Source of the DNA: Candidatus Gygaella obscura
Lineage (GTDB): Bacteria > Omnitrophota > Gorgyraeia > Gygaellales > Gygaellaceae
Assembly: GCA_030765485.1 (NCBI GenBank)
Contig: JAVCCR010000032.1
Location: forward strand, 166,289 to 230,288
Direction: 5' to 3'
Length of the DNA: 64,000 bases
Shown here: positions 1-9,998 of the stretch, in pieces
How the letters are laid out: each line of letters begins with the position of its first letter
Numbering within the stretch: the first letter of the stretch is position 1
Notes under the pieces: generated by a model
What the model was told of the DNA's origin: nothing
Databases searched by the model: none
What the model saw: the letters and a program-made list of their open reading frames with translations, nothing else
Translations under genes and position numbers: made by a program

Positions 1-870
1 AATATCCATGTGAAGTTTAATGAGGAATTATTGCATAATTTGCCGCAGTTTTACGTTTTAGATGATAATAGGCTTATTGATCCTATAGGACTTTATGGAC
101 ATTGTTTGCAGATGCAAGCAATGTTTGTTTTGATGAAAACCAGCATTATGGATAGTTTGATAAAGGCTTTTTCGCAATCAGGCGTTGATGTTGATGAATT
201 TGTCTTTTCAGATTATGCGGCATCTTTCTCCGTTTTGGATAAGGCAGATAAGGAAAAAGGTTGCGTTCTTTTAGATATCGGTAGTGAACTTACTCATGTG
301 ATTGTTTTTGAAGAGGGCAGGATCTCTGCTGTCAGGGTATTGAGTGTTGGGTCAAATTCGATTACTGAAGATATTGCAAAAGAAATCAATATAAGCTTTG
401 ATTTGGCTAATGATTTGAAAGTTAGTCATGGCAGCGTGGCAAAAGAAGTCAGTGAGAGCGATAAAGAAATACTTGTAAAAATCAGTTCTACTTATAAAAA
501 AATCAATAAGGTCAATCTTAATCTAGTTATAGGCGCAAGCACGGATCGTCTTTTAAACGAAATAAAATCCAGCTGTGTTGATATTGTTGATTTTCCTCGG
601 ATTAATAAGGTTGTTGCTATTGGTGAAGGGGTTCTTTTAGACGGGTTTTTGGAAAAGATTGAATCACTGTTTGGAATTACTGTTGTTCTGGGTCAATCTA
701 AAGAAAAAAGTTCACAGATTGCATCAAAATATCCTACTTTTTGTATATGTATGGGCATATTGCGTTATAGTTTAAATGATTACATAGAGAACAAAAAAAG
801 CTTTTATGAACGTTTTTCCCCAGTTGGAATCTTTAATAAACTTAAATTGATTTACCAGGAGTATTTTTAA
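1..870 (+). CDS. ftsA: Cell division protein FtsA, divergent, 5'-partial
   Basis: Frame is open to position 1. Actin-fold motifs LLDIGSELT and GSNSITEDIA..A.DLK..HG, 'DPIGLYG..L' segment, C-terminal amphipathic helix IFNKLKLIYQEYF. Confidence 0.8.
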   Translation, partial: NIHVKFNEELLHNLPQFYVLDDNRLIDPIGLYGHCLQMQAMFVLMKTSIMDSLIKAFSQSGVDVDEFVFSDYAASFSVLDKADKEKGCVLLDIGSELTHVIVFEEGRISAVRVLSVGSNSITEDIAKEINISFDLANDLKVSHGSVAKEVSESDKEILVKISSTYKKINKVNLNLVIGASTDRLLNEIKSSCVDIVDFPRINKVVAIGEGVLLDGFLEKIESLFGITVVLGQSKEKSSQIASKYPTFCICMGILRYSLNDYIENKKSFYERFSPVGIFNKLKLIYQEYF

Positions 871-893
871 AACCCGTCTTTTTGCTTAACTTA

Positions 894-922
894 TTGACAG
901 CGCAGGAGTTTTATGTTAATTT
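894..922 (+). promoter_or_regulatory. sigma70-type promoter for yggS operon
   Basis: TTGACA (894-899), 17-nt spacer, TG-n-TAATTT (917-922). Confidence 0.6.
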
Positions 923-928
923 AATTCG

Positions 929-1615
929 ATGATAGCTGCTAATTTACTCAACTTAAGAAGAAAAATTAAGGGCATTTGCGAAAAATGCAACCGAAACTAT
1001 AACGATATCAGGCTGGTTGTGGTAACCAAGACTGTAAAGCAGGAAGCAATAAAGCAGGCTATCTCAAGTGGAATGCATGAAATAGGCGAAAATTATATCC
1101 AGGAAGCTAATAAGAAGTTTGGATATTTAAAGGATAATGCGCTTAAATGGCATTTTATTGGAAAACTACAGAAAAATAAGAGCAAATACGCTGTTAAGAT
1201 CTTTGATTTGATTCATTCTGTGGATAATCTGGATTTGGCAATAGAGATTGATAAACAGAGCCGTAAGCTTAATAAGATTCAGAATATTTTAATACAGGTT
1301 AATGTTTCCGGATGCGCGAGTCAAAACGGCGTAAACATTAAGGAAGTATTTGAGTTGGTAGAAAAGGTAAGCGAATTAAAAAATATTAGACTTCAGGGTT
1401 TGATGATGCTGGCACCTTTTTTTGAAGTTGCAGAAAGAACAAGGCCTTTTTTCAGGAAGCTACGCGAAATAAAAGATGAGATTAATTCAATCCATGCAGA
1501 TAGATTGAACCTGAATATTCTTTCTATGGGGATGACCTGGGATTTTCGTATTGCTTTAGAAGAGGGTTCTAATATGCTTAGAATTGGCAGGGCAATTTTT
1601 GGAGAAAGAACATGA
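929..1615 (+). CDS. yggS: PLP homeostasis protein, YggS family
   Basis: VVTKT PLP lysine, GENYIQE, WHFIGKLQKNK, SMGMT.D, RIGRAIFG; adjacent to proC. Confidence 0.95.
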   Translation: MIAANLLNLRRKIKGICEKCNRNYNDIRLVVVTKTVKQEAIKQAISSGMHEIGENYIQEANKKFGYLKDNALKWHFIGKLQKNKSKYAVKIFDLIHSVDNLDLAIEIDKQSRKLNKIQNILIQVNVSGCASQNGVNIKEVFELVEKVSELKNIRLQGLMMLAPFFEVAERTRPFFRKLREIKDEINSIHADRLNLNILSMGMTWDFRIALEEGSNMLRIGRAIFGERT

Positions 1616-2421
1616 AGAAGATAATTGGATTTATTGGTTGCGGAGTTATGGGAGAGGCAATATTGCGTGGATGCAAAAAAGATAAGGATTTTAAGTTCGT
1701 AGCTATTGATAAAGTTAAGACTACAGAAGCTTTATTCTGCCGAAACCATAAAGCTAAATCAGCAAACAGCATTAAGGATATTGTAAAATTAGCTGATGTT
1801 ATTCTTATTGCTGTTAAGCCGCAGGATATAGATAATGTTTTACTGGAGATAAAAAAAGCGCTACCGGATTTAAAGAAAATGCCGCTGGTAATTTCCATTG
1901 CAGCCGGTATTACTACTAAATATATCGAACACTGCATAGGTTTTAAACTAAAAGTAGTGCGTGCCATGCCGAATATGGCGGCTATATTGGGGGAAAGCGT
2001 AACTGCTTTAAAAAAGGGACGCTTTGCTAATGTTAAAGATTTAGCAATAGCAAAAGACATATTTGAAAAAGTTGGTTTAGTTATTGAGGTAAAAAAAGAT
2101 GAAGATATTGATATTGTCACAGCTTTATCCGGAAGCGGACCAGCATATTTATTTTATATAGTTGCCGCTTTTATGGCTGCTGCAGAATATATGAAGTTTG
2201 ATAAGAAAAAAACAGACGAGCTCATATTTAAGACTTTGATTGGTTCTGCAGAATTATTAAAAGAGAATAAATTTAATACTAAAAAACTTGTTGCTAAAGT
2301 TGCTTCAAAAGGCGGTACTACTGAGGCAGCTTTAAAGGTGTTTAAAAAGAAAAAATTAAATAAGATTATCTCTGATGGTATATTAGCTGCTTTTAAACGA
2401 GCGACAGAGTTATCTCGATAG
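1612..2421 (+). CDS. proC: Pyrroline-5-carboxylate reductase
   Basis: GFIGCGVMG Rossmann motif, AVKPQ, SIAAG, RAMPN, TALSGSGPAY, SKGGTT. Confidence 0.95.
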   Translation: MKKIIGFIGCGVMGEAILRGCKKDKDFKFVAIDKVKTTEALFCRNHKAKSANSIKDIVKLADVILIAVKPQDIDNVLLEIKKALPDLKKMPLVISIAAGITTKYIEHCIGFKLKVVRAMPNMAAILGESVTALKKGRFANVKDLAIAKDIFEKVGLVIEVKKDEDIDIVTALSGSGPAYLFYIVAAFMAAAEYMKFDKKKTDELIFKTLIGSAELLKENKFNTKKLVAKVASKGGTTEAALKVFKKKKLNKIISDGILAAFKRATELSR

Positions 2422-2429
2422 GAGGAACA

Positions 2430-3287
2430 ATGATTAAGGTTGGCATAATCGGAGGAAGCGGGATATATGATATTGATGGCCTGGATAATATCAAGGAGGT
2501 GGAAGTAAATACCCCTTTTGGCAAGCCGTCGGATAAATTTATTACAGGAAATCTGGAAGGTAAGGATATTGTATTTTTACCAAGACATGGAAGGGGGCAT
2601 TTGGTTTCTCCTACGAACATAAATTATCGCGCCAATATATTTGCGATGAAAAAACTTGGTGTTGAATGCATTATTTCCGTGACTGCCTGTGGAAGTTTAA
2701 AAGAAGAGCTTAAGCCAATGGATTTTGTCGTGGTGGATCAGTTTGTGGATAGGACTAATCATTCACGGGAAATGTCATTCTTTGATAATGGTATAGTGGC
2801 CCATATTATGTTTGCACATCCGGTATGTAAAAGTCTCAGTGAGCTTATTTATAAAAGCGGAAAAGATTTAGGTATTGATATGCACGAAAAAGGCACCTAT
2901 ATTAATATGGAAGGGCCGGCTTTTTCTACATTGGCAGAATCTAAACTCTACCGCAGTTGGGGGATGGATATAATCGGAATGACCAATATGCCTGAGGCAA
3001 AATTAGCCAGAGAAGCTGAGATTTGTTACGCTACTTTAGCTGCTGTTACCGATTATGACTGCTGGCATCCTGAGCATGATAATGTTACTACAGAAATGGT
3101 TATAAATAATCTTATTAAAAATATTGAAAATGCAAAGAAAATCCTAAAACAGGTTATTAAATCTATGCCGGAAACGAGAGTATGCGTTTGTAAAGATTCG
3201 CTTCAGAATGCGATAATTACCGATAAGAAGAAGATTCCCGAATCCGTAAAAAATGATTTATCAATTTTAATTGGAAAGTACCTATAG
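2430..3287 (+). CDS. mtnP: S-methyl-5'-thioadenosine phosphorylase
   Basis: GIIGGSG, TPFGKPS, PRHG, EGPAFST.AES, IGMT..PEA.LARE, TDYDCW; SD GGAGG upstream. Confidence 0.93.
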   Translation: MIKVGIIGGSGIYDIDGLDNIKEVEVNTPFGKPSDKFITGNLEGKDIVFLPRHGRGHLVSPTNINYRANIFAMKKLGVECIISVTACGSLKEELKPMDFVVVDQFVDRTNHSREMSFFDNGIVAHIMFAHPVCKSLSELIYKSGKDLGIDMHEKGTYINMEGPAFSTLAESKLYRSWGMDIIGMTNMPEAKLAREAEICYATLAAVTDYDCWHPEHDNVTTEMVINNLIKNIENAKKILKQVIKSMPETRVCVCKDSLQNAIITDKKKIPESVKNDLSILIGKYL

Positions 3288-3292
3288 ATAAA

Positions 3293-6133
3293 ATGGATTA
3301 TAAAAAAACATTAAATCTTCCCAAGACAAAATTTCCGATGAAGGCTAATCTGCCGATTTCTGAGCCGATGATTTTAAAACACTGGCAGGAAATAGGGATA
3401 TTTTCTTTAATCAGCAGTAAAAAAAATAATAGCGAAAAATATATCCTGCATGACGGACCACCGTATGCAAACGGTAATATTCATTTAGGCCATGCCTTGA
3501 ATAAGATTTTAAAAGATATGATTATTAAGTTTAAGTCTATGCAGGGATTTGATACTTATTATGTACCTGGATGGGATTGTCACGGGCTTCCTATAGAACA
3601 CCAGCTGTTTAAGGAACTAGGCATTAATAAGGCAGAGATAAGTCAGATTAAATTCCGTAAAAAAGCATATCGTTTTGCTGAGAAATTTGTAAATCTGCAG
3701 CGTGAACAGTTCAAGCGTCTTGCTGTTTTTGCAGATTGGGACAATCCTTATCTTACCATGGCGCCGAGTTATGAAGAATCAATTATTACTTCATTCGGCA
3801 AGATAGCCCAAAAGGGGTATATCTACCGCGGGTTAAAACCGGTTAACTGGTGCAAGAGCTGTGAAACAGCCCTTGCCGAGGCGGAAGTTGAATATAAGGA
3901 TGTAACTTCTGCGTCTATCTATGTAAAGTTCAAGCTTGAAGACTGTGATAGGTTTAAAGATAAAACCTATTTACTTATCTGGACAACAACACCTTGGACG
4001 CTTATTGCTAATGTTGCAGTTGCTGCGCATAAGGATTTAGTTTATGTGTATGTACGCTTGGGTGATGAATATTTGGTTATGGCAAAAGATTTATTAGGCA
4101 GCGTGTTAGAAAAATCAGGAAAAACAGAATATGAGGTTATTGAGGAATTTAAAGGAAATGAATTAGAAGGTTTGGGTTACGCGCATCCTTTTATAAATCG
4201 TAAAGGCAAGATTGTGACTGCTGATTATGTTTCTAAAGAAGATGGTTCTGGTTTAGTTCATATTGCCCCTGGTCATGGAGCAGATGATTATCTGGTAGGG
4301 TTAAAATATAAGCTTAATATGATTATGCCTGTTGATGAAAAGGGATGTTTTGATGATTCTGCTGGAGAATTTACCGGATTAAGCGTCAATAAGGCAAATA
4401 CGGCAATAATCGAAAAGCTTAAAGACGAAGGCTATCTATTAACAAGTGAAGAAATTACGCATTCTTATCCTCATTGCTGGCGTTGTAAACAACCGATAAT
4501 TTTTCGTGCCACCAAGCAGTGGTTTCTGTCTTTAGAAAAAGATTCATTGAGGCAAAGACTTATTGAGATAGTTGAAAAACAGGTTCGTTGGGTGCCTGAT
4601 TCCGGTAAGGAGAGAATAAAGTCGATGCTGGAAACGCGTCCTGACTGGTGTCTTTCCCGGCAGAGATACTGGGGTGTACCGATTCCTTCATTAGTCTGCG
4701 TTAAATGTAAGAATGAGTTTTTAGACGAAAAATTTATTGAGCAGTTTGCAAAACTGGTTTCAAAAGAGGGTACTGACTGTTGGTTTCAAAAAGAATTAAA
4801 AGATTTTATGCCGAAAGATACGAAATGCCCTTGTTGCGGTGGTCAGGATTTAGTTAAGGGAACGGATATTTTAGATGTTTGGTTTGATTCAGGTGTGAGT
4901 CATCAAGCAGTTTTAAAAAAGAGAGCCGAATTAGGCTCCACGCCTTGCGCGCTTTATCTTGAGGGTTCTGATCAGCACCGGGGATGGTTTCAATCTTCTT
5001 TGATACCTTCGGTCTGTATTGATAAAATCCCTCCTTTTAAAAGCGTGTTAACCCATGGATTTGTTGTTGATGGTCATGGGAGGAAGATGTCAAAATCTTT
5101 AGGTAATGTAATTTCACCGTTTGACATCATCAAAGATTACGGTGTGGATATTTTAAGGCTTTGGGTTTGTTCGAGTGACTATAATGAAGACATCAGGATC
5201 TCTGCGGAGATTATTAAAAGGTTATCTGAGGCATACCGAAAGATTCGTAATACCACAAGGTTTATTTTAAGCAATCTTTATGATTTTGATTTTGATAAAC
5301 GAAATCTGGACTACAGGCAGTTTTCAAAAATCGATAAATGGATTTTATTCAAACTTAGCTATACAATAAACAAAGTAGAAGCTCATTATGATACTTTTGA
5401 ATTCCATAAGGCATTTAAGGAAATTTATAATTTTTGCAATATTGATTTGTCTATGTTTTATCTGGATATGGTAAAGGGAAGGCTTTATACCTATGCCAAT
5501 GATTCTTTTAAGCGGCGCATGACTCAAACTGTAATTTTTGAAATAGTTAATTCGTTGTTGCGTTTGATTGCACCTGTTTTAAGTTTTACGGCAGAGGAAA
5601 TCTGGCAGTATATTCCAAAGCCAACTCCGGAGAAAGAAATAAAAAGTATTCATCTTCTTGATTGGCCTAAGGAAATTTTAGGTAGGAAAATTTCTGAAAT
5701 AGCAAGAGAGCTGAAACCGCTGGAAGAGGATTTGGATGTTATCTTAAGGCTTTTGCCTGACGTGGCTTTGGCTTTGGAAGAGAGAAGAACTGTCGGAGCA
5801 ATCGGTAGTTCTTTCGATGCAAAAATAAAGTTGTTGACAAATGATGAAATTCGTTATAAATATTTAACATCTTTAAGTGACGGATTAAGCGAGATTTTTA
5901 AGGTTTCGCAGGTGGAGATAGAAAAAACGTCCGATGATAGCGATAAATTAGAAACACTAGGAAAGTCAAGCGGGTTTAAGGATATAGTTTTTGTTGTAGA
6001 TAAAGCAGATGGAAAAAAATGCGTACGCTGCTGGAATTATACGCTTGATATTGGGAATGATGCAGAACATAAAGAAATTTGTGCTAATTGTATAAATGCA
6101 ATAAAAAAGGCGGAAAAAAATGAAACAATTTAA
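3293..6133 (+). CDS. ileS: Isoleucine--tRNA ligase (bacterial type 1)
   Basis: HDGPPYANG..HLGH, GWDCHGLP, WTTTPWT, EGSDQHRGWF, KMSKS, C-terminal Zn finger CVRC..CANC. Confidence 0.98.
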   Translation: MDYKKTLNLPKTKFPMKANLPISEPMILKHWQEIGIFSLISSKKNNSEKYILHDGPPYANGNIHLGHALNKILKDMIIKFKSMQGFDTYYVPGWDCHGLPIEHQLFKELGINKAEISQIKFRKKAYRFAEKFVNLQREQFKRLAVFADWDNPYLTMAPSYEESIITSFGKIAQKGYIYRGLKPVNWCKSCETALAEAEVEYKDVTSASIYVKFKLEDCDRFKDKTYLLIWTTTPWTLIANVAVAAHKDLVYVYVRLGDEYLVMAKDLLGSVLEKSGKTEYEVIEEFKGNELEGLGYAHPFINRKGKIVTADYVSKEDGSGLVHIAPGHGADDYLVGLKYKLNMIMPVDEKGCFDDSAGEFTGLSVNKANTAIIEKLKDEGYLLTSEEITHSYPHCWRCKQPIIFRATKQWFLSLEKDSLRQRLIEIVEKQVRWVPDSGKERIKSMLETRPDWCLSRQRYWGVPIPSLVCVKCKNEFLDEKFIEQFAKLVSKEGTDCWFQKELKDFMPKDTKCPCCGGQDLVKGTDILDVWFDSGVSHQAVLKKRAELGSTPCALYLEGSDQHRGWFQSSLIPSVCIDKIPPFKSVLTHGFVVDGHGRKMSKSLGNVISPFDIIKDYGVDILRLWVCSSDYNEDIRISAEIIKRLSEAYRKIRNTTRFILSNLYDFDFDKRNLDYRQFSKIDKWILFKLSYTINKVEAHYDTFEFHKAFKEIYNFCNIDLSMFYLDMVKGRLYTYANDSFKRRMTQTVIFEIVNSLLRLIAPVLSFTAEEIWQYIPKPTPEKEIKSIHLLDWPKEILGRKISEIARELKPLEEDLDVILRLLPDVALALEERRTVGAIGSSFDAKIKLLTNDEIRYKYLTSLSDGLSEIFKVSQVEIEKTSDDSDKLETLGKSSGFKDIVFVVDKADGKKCVRCWNYTLDIGNDAEHKEICANCINAIKKAEKNETI

Positions 6134-6506
6134 AATGAATAAGGCTGATCTTAAGAAACATAAGGAAATTTTATTAAAAAGGAAAGAAGAGATTGTTGAG
6201 CAGATTGAACATATCTCACGGGATACCCTGAAACTTTCACAGAAAGATGCTTCAGGGGATATTTCTGGATATGCTTATCATATGGCAGATTTGGCAACAG
6301 ATTCTTTTGACAGAGAATTTTCTTTGGGGCTAGCATCTAACGAGAGACAGTTGCTTTATGAGATAAACGATGCCTTAAGAAGAGTTGAAGATGGCTCTTT
6401 TGGTAAGTGCAGTGCTTGCGATAAACCAATTCCCAAAACACGATTAAAAGCAATTCCTTATAGTAAGCTTTGCTTGAAATGCCAAAAGCTACAAGAGAAA
6501 TCATAA
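6120..6506 (+). CDS. DksA/TraR C4 zinc-finger protein
   Basis: Coiled coil with HMADLATD, then CSAC..IP..RL.AIP..LC..C zinc finger. Confidence 0.88.
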   Translation: MKQFKMNKADLKKHKEILLKRKEEIVEQIEHISRDTLKLSQKDASGDISGYAYHMADLATDSFDREFSLGLASNERQLLYEINDALRRVEDGSFGKCSACDKPIPKTRLKAIPYSKLCLKCQKLQEKS

Positions 6507-6970
6507 ATAAAGCTTATTGTAAAAACACGTTTCTTGTTTTATTTTGTGTATTGATAGTCGCTTTTGATCAATATACCAAATCTCTTGCTTTAAAATATCT
6601 ATCTTTATTAAGGCCTCAGGAAGTTATCCATAAAATATTTTATCTGACGTTAAGCTTTAATACCGGAGTCGCATTCGGTATGTTTAAAAACCAAACAATA
6701 TTTTTTGTGGTTATTTCTTTTATTGCCGCGATAGTAATTATTATAAATATTTTACGCAGCAAGAATTTTATTGAGAATTTAGGATTTATTTTTATACTTG
6801 CTGGTGCAATCGGTAATTTGATTGATCGTTTAAGGTATGGTTTTGTCGTAGATTTTATTGATTTTGTTATTTGGCCGGTTTTCAATGTTGCCGACAGCTT
6901 CATAACTATAGGCGCTTTTATAATTATTTTTGTTACCTTTTTTACTAAACCAAAACAATACAAAAGTTAA
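6470..6970 (+). CDS. lspA: Lipoprotein signal peptidase II (start uncertain; ATG 6479 possible)
   Basis: DQYTK, NTGVAFG, GAIGNLIDR, VVDFI, FNVAD. Confidence 0.95.
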   Translation: MLEMPKATREIINKAYCKNTFLVLFCVLIVAFDQYTKSLALKYLSLLRPQEVIHKIFYLTLSFNTGVAFGMFKNQTIFFVVISFIAAIVIIINILRSKNFIENLGFIFILAGAIGNLIDRLRYGFVVDFIDFVIWPVFNVADSFITIGAFIIIFVTFFTKPKQYKS

Positions 6971-6972
6971 CA

Positions 6973-7884
6973 ATGAAACGTTTCGAGTTATTTGTAGAGC
7001 CAATAGATAAAGAAAAAAGAATCGATACTTATTTAACTGACGTCTTGGTTAAGTACGGGGTATCAAGGAGTCTTATTAAGGAATTGATTAAGGAAAAGAA
7101 AGTCATTTTAAACAACAAGAAGGCTTTTAAGGTACATTATAAAGTACGGGAAAATGATCGAATATTGATTGATGTTCCGGAAAAAGGGAAGATTGATCTT
7201 CAGCCGCAAGAAATTAATTTCGATATTGTTTATGAAGATGATAATTTAATCGTAGTAAATAAGCCAATTGGTTTGGTGGTTCATCCTGCGCCAGGAAATA
7301 TTGATAGGACTTTGGTAAACGCATTGTTGTTTCATACAAATAAACTCTCTAATATAAATCCTGATAGGCCGGGTATTGTGCATAGGTTGGATAAAGATAC
7401 TTCTGGTCTTCTTGTTGTTGCAAAAGACAATAGTACTCATCTTGATTTATCACGTCAATTTGCCCAGAGGAAAGTGAAGAAAATGTATGTGGCGGTAGTA
7501 GAAGGAGAAGTGGAGTTTGCTGAGGGTGTAATTGATATACCTATTTCGCGCAACCCCAGGGACTTTAAAAAAATGCGTGTCTCTTTCCACGAAGATGCAA
7601 GGAAGGCAAAGACTTTTTATAAAGTTCTTTGTTCAAATAAAAATTTTACGCTTCTTGAATTAAAACCTGTTACGGGAAGAACCCATCAGTTGAGGGTGCA
7701 TATGCGTTATTTGGGCTATCCGATTTTAGGGGATGCTAAATATTCGAATAAAAAAGGCTATGCTCGGCTTTTTCTTCATGCAAAGTATTTAAAGTTTATG
7801 CATCCGGTCAAAAATAAAGTTATGGAGTTTAATCTTAAGATTCCAAAGAAGTTTAAGGAGTTTTTTGACAATAAAATATCTTGA
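6973..7884 (+). CDS. rluD: RluA/RluD family pseudouridine synthase with S4 domain
   Basis: VNKP.GLVVHP, HRLDKDTSG, TGRTHQLRVH; follows lspA. Confidence 0.9.
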   Translation: MKRFELFVEPIDKEKRIDTYLTDVLVKYGVSRSLIKELIKEKKVILNNKKAFKVHYKVRENDRILIDVPEKGKIDLQPQEINFDIVYEDDNLIVVNKPIGLVVHPAPGNIDRTLVNALLFHTNKLSNINPDRPGIVHRLDKDTSGLLVVAKDNSTHLDLSRQFAQRKVKKMYVAVVEGEVEFAEGVIDIPISRNPRDFKKMRVSFHEDARKAKTFYKVLCSNKNFTLLELKPVTGRTHQLRVHMRYLGYPILGDAKYSNKKGYARLFLHAKYLKFMHPVKNKVMEFNLKIPKKFKEFFDNKIS

Positions 7885-7908
7885 AAATTAGTTCCCCAAT
7901 GCTATAAT
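7881..7908 (+). promoter_or_regulatory. sigma70-type promoter
   Basis: TTGAAA (7881-7886), 16-nt spacer, TG-c-TATAAT (7903-7908); SD AAGGAGG before ATG 7932. Confidence 0.6.
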
Positions 7909-7931
7909 ATTTATAAGGTAAGGAGGTTTTA

Positions 7932-8672
7932 ATGAATAAATCAGGAAAAATTACAGGAATTATATTTATTTTACTTATCGTCATTTTGGTTTCTGCTGCC
8001 GGTTATTTATTTTTTCAGTGGCAACAGGAAAAGCAGCGCGGGGATGCTTTGCAGGTAAAAGTTTTATCATTAGAAACGGAAAAAAAAGCTTTAGTCAGTA
8101 AATATAGAATTACTCTTGTTAAGCTAGAGGAATTGGATGTCCAGTTAAAAGAAAAGGATTTAAAGGCGCAGGCCTTAGAAGAGAATTTGCGTAGCGCCGA
8201 AGAGTTGAGAAAAAAAGCCATAGAAGACGTAAACGCGATTCATCAGCAGATGGCAGAAGCTGAGAAAGCAAAGAAAGAACTCGAGATCCAGTTAAATCAG
8301 ACCAAAGAAGAATTAGATTCCTTAAAGTCAAAAATGAACGTAATCCATGAATCTAGTAAGGTTGAAACCCAAGAGCAGATTTATTCTTCAGCGGAAGACG
8401 TGGATTTAGAAAAAATTGTAGTTTCTTCGAATGAAAGCCTTCAGGCTAAAGACGCTCGGGTTTTGGTTGTAAATAAAGAGTATGATTTTGTAGTTCTAAA
8501 CCTTGGTAAGCACGATGATATTGCAATAGGAGATATAGTTCAGGTAATAAGAGGCGATGCTATTATTGGTTCTTTGGAAGTTGAGGAAGTTAGAGAAACT
8601 ATGTCTGTTGCCAGATTCTCCACAGAAGGTTTAAAAGAACAGATAAAAGAAGGCGATTTACTAGCTTTATAA
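7932..8672 (+). CDS. Membrane-anchored coiled-coil protein with C-terminal beta domain, unknown function
   Basis: N-terminal TM helix, ~110 aa of heptad E/K/Q/L, C-terminal VLVVNKEYDFVVLNLG..GD..V.R domain; strong SD. Confidence 0.75.
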   Translation: MNKSGKITGIIFILLIVILVSAAGYLFFQWQQEKQRGDALQVKVLSLETEKKALVSKYRITLVKLEELDVQLKEKDLKAQALEENLRSAEELRKKAIEDVNAIHQQMAEAEKAKKELEIQLNQTKEELDSLKSKMNVIHESSKVETQEQIYSSAEDVDLEKIVVSSNESLQAKDARVLVVNKEYDFVVLNLGKHDDIAIGDIVQVIRGDAIIGSLEVEEVRETMSVARFSTEGLKEQIKEGDLLAL

Positions 8673-8679
8673 ATTTATA

Positions 8680-9987
8680 GTGCCAGTCCTAATCCCAAAG
8701 TTAAAAAAACTTAGAGGAACAGTAACTTTCCCCGGCGATAAGTCTATAGCTCATCGCGCAATAATAATAAGTTCTATTGCTAAAGGTAGATGCGTGATAG
8801 AACATTTTCCTTTTAATAATGATTGTCTTACCACGCTGGAAATCTTTAAATTACTGGGTGTAAAAATAAAGGTTATAAAAAATAAAGAAAAAATTATTGT
8901 TTATGGTCGGGGAATTGGAAATTTAAAAAAGCCACAGAAAAGTTTATACTGTAAGTCTTCTGGCACCACTATTAGGCTTCTTGCCGGTATTTTGTCTGCT
9001 CAAAGATTCAATAGTAGTTTAACAGCAAGTAAGACTTTATCTAAAAGACCGATGTTGCGCATCACAAGGCCGTTAAGGTTGATGAGCGCTGATATAAAGG
9101 GAAAGTTGAGGCAAAAAGAAGAATACCCGCCATTAAAGATTAAAGGTAAAAGTCTTAAAGGGATTTATTATAAATTGCCTATAGCCAGTGCGCAGATAAA
9201 ATCAGCAATTTTTCTTGCCGGTATATATGCCAGCGGGAAAACAACTGTGGAAGAGGTTTTTGCTTCTCGTGATCATACTGAACGTATGCTTAAAATTTTC
9301 AAAGCGCGCCTTACCAGAAAAAATAGAAAAATTACAATACATAAAGTCAAAGAGTTGATTGCTGTAAAGAGCTTGTTTATTCCTGGAGACATTTCTTCTG
9401 CGGCTTTTTTTATCGTTGCTAGTTGTATTTTACCGGGTTCCAGAATAAAAGTGCGCAATCTTGGTATTAATCCTACTCGTAGCGGTATAATAAAAGTATT
9501 AAAACGCATGGGTGCAGATATAGAAATAACCAGGAAAAATGACAAGGTTGAACCTGTTGCTGACTTGGATGTCTGTTATTCGCCGCTTAAGGCAACAAAA
9601 ATAAAAGTTAAAGAGATACCTTTGTTGATAGATGAGGTGCCTATTTTAATGGTGGCGGCATGCTTTGCAAAAGGAACAACTATCATAGAGGGCGTTAATG
9701 AGTTACGTGTCAAGGAAACCGATCGTGTAAGGTCTATGGTGGATAATTTAATTAAGATGGCAGCAGATATAAAAATTGTGCGTAAGAATAAAAGGCAGGA
9801 TTTGGTTATAAGGGGAGTAAGAAACCTTAAAAGCGCTAGCTTAAAGAGTTTTCAGGATCACAGAACTGCTATGAGTTTGATTATAGCTTCTTTGGGGTTA
9901 AGTAAGGCAGCCCGTATAGATAACTTAAGCTGTATAAATAAGTCTTTTCCTGAGTTCTTCAAGATTCTTAAAAAGCTTAAAAGTTAA
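8680..9987 (+). CDS. aroA: 3-phosphoshikimate 1-carboxyvinyltransferase (EPSP synthase)
   Basis: PGDKSIAHR, SGTTIRL, SAQIKSA, RDHTERML, PGDISSA, ELRVKETDR, DHR, SFPEF. Confidence 0.95.
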   Translation: MPVLIPKLKKLRGTVTFPGDKSIAHRAIIISSIAKGRCVIEHFPFNNDCLTTLEIFKLLGVKIKVIKNKEKIIVYGRGIGNLKKPQKSLYCKSSGTTIRLLAGILSAQRFNSSLTASKTLSKRPMLRITRPLRLMSADIKGKLRQKEEYPPLKIKGKSLKGIYYKLPIASAQIKSAIFLAGIYASGKTTVEEVFASRDHTERMLKIFKARLTRKNRKITIHKVKELIAVKSLFIPGDISSAAFFIVASCILPGSRIKVRNLGINPTRSGIIKVLKRMGADIEITRKNDKVEPVADLDVCYSPLKATKIKVKEIPLLIDEVPILMVAACFAKGTTIIEGVNELRVKETDRVRSMVDNLIKMAADIKIVRKNKRQDLVIRGVRNLKSASLKSFQDHRTAMSLIIASLGLSKAARIDNLSCINKSFPEFFKILKKLKS

Positions 9988-9998
9988 TAAAATTATGA

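Noticed and set aside
904-924. Mini-ORF MLI* after AGGAG upstream of yggS
   Set aside because: It lies inside the predicted promoter spacer and -10 element, is three codons long, and is likely chance.
3288-3292. T-box leader for ileS
   Set aside because: Only 5 nt separate mtnP from ileS.
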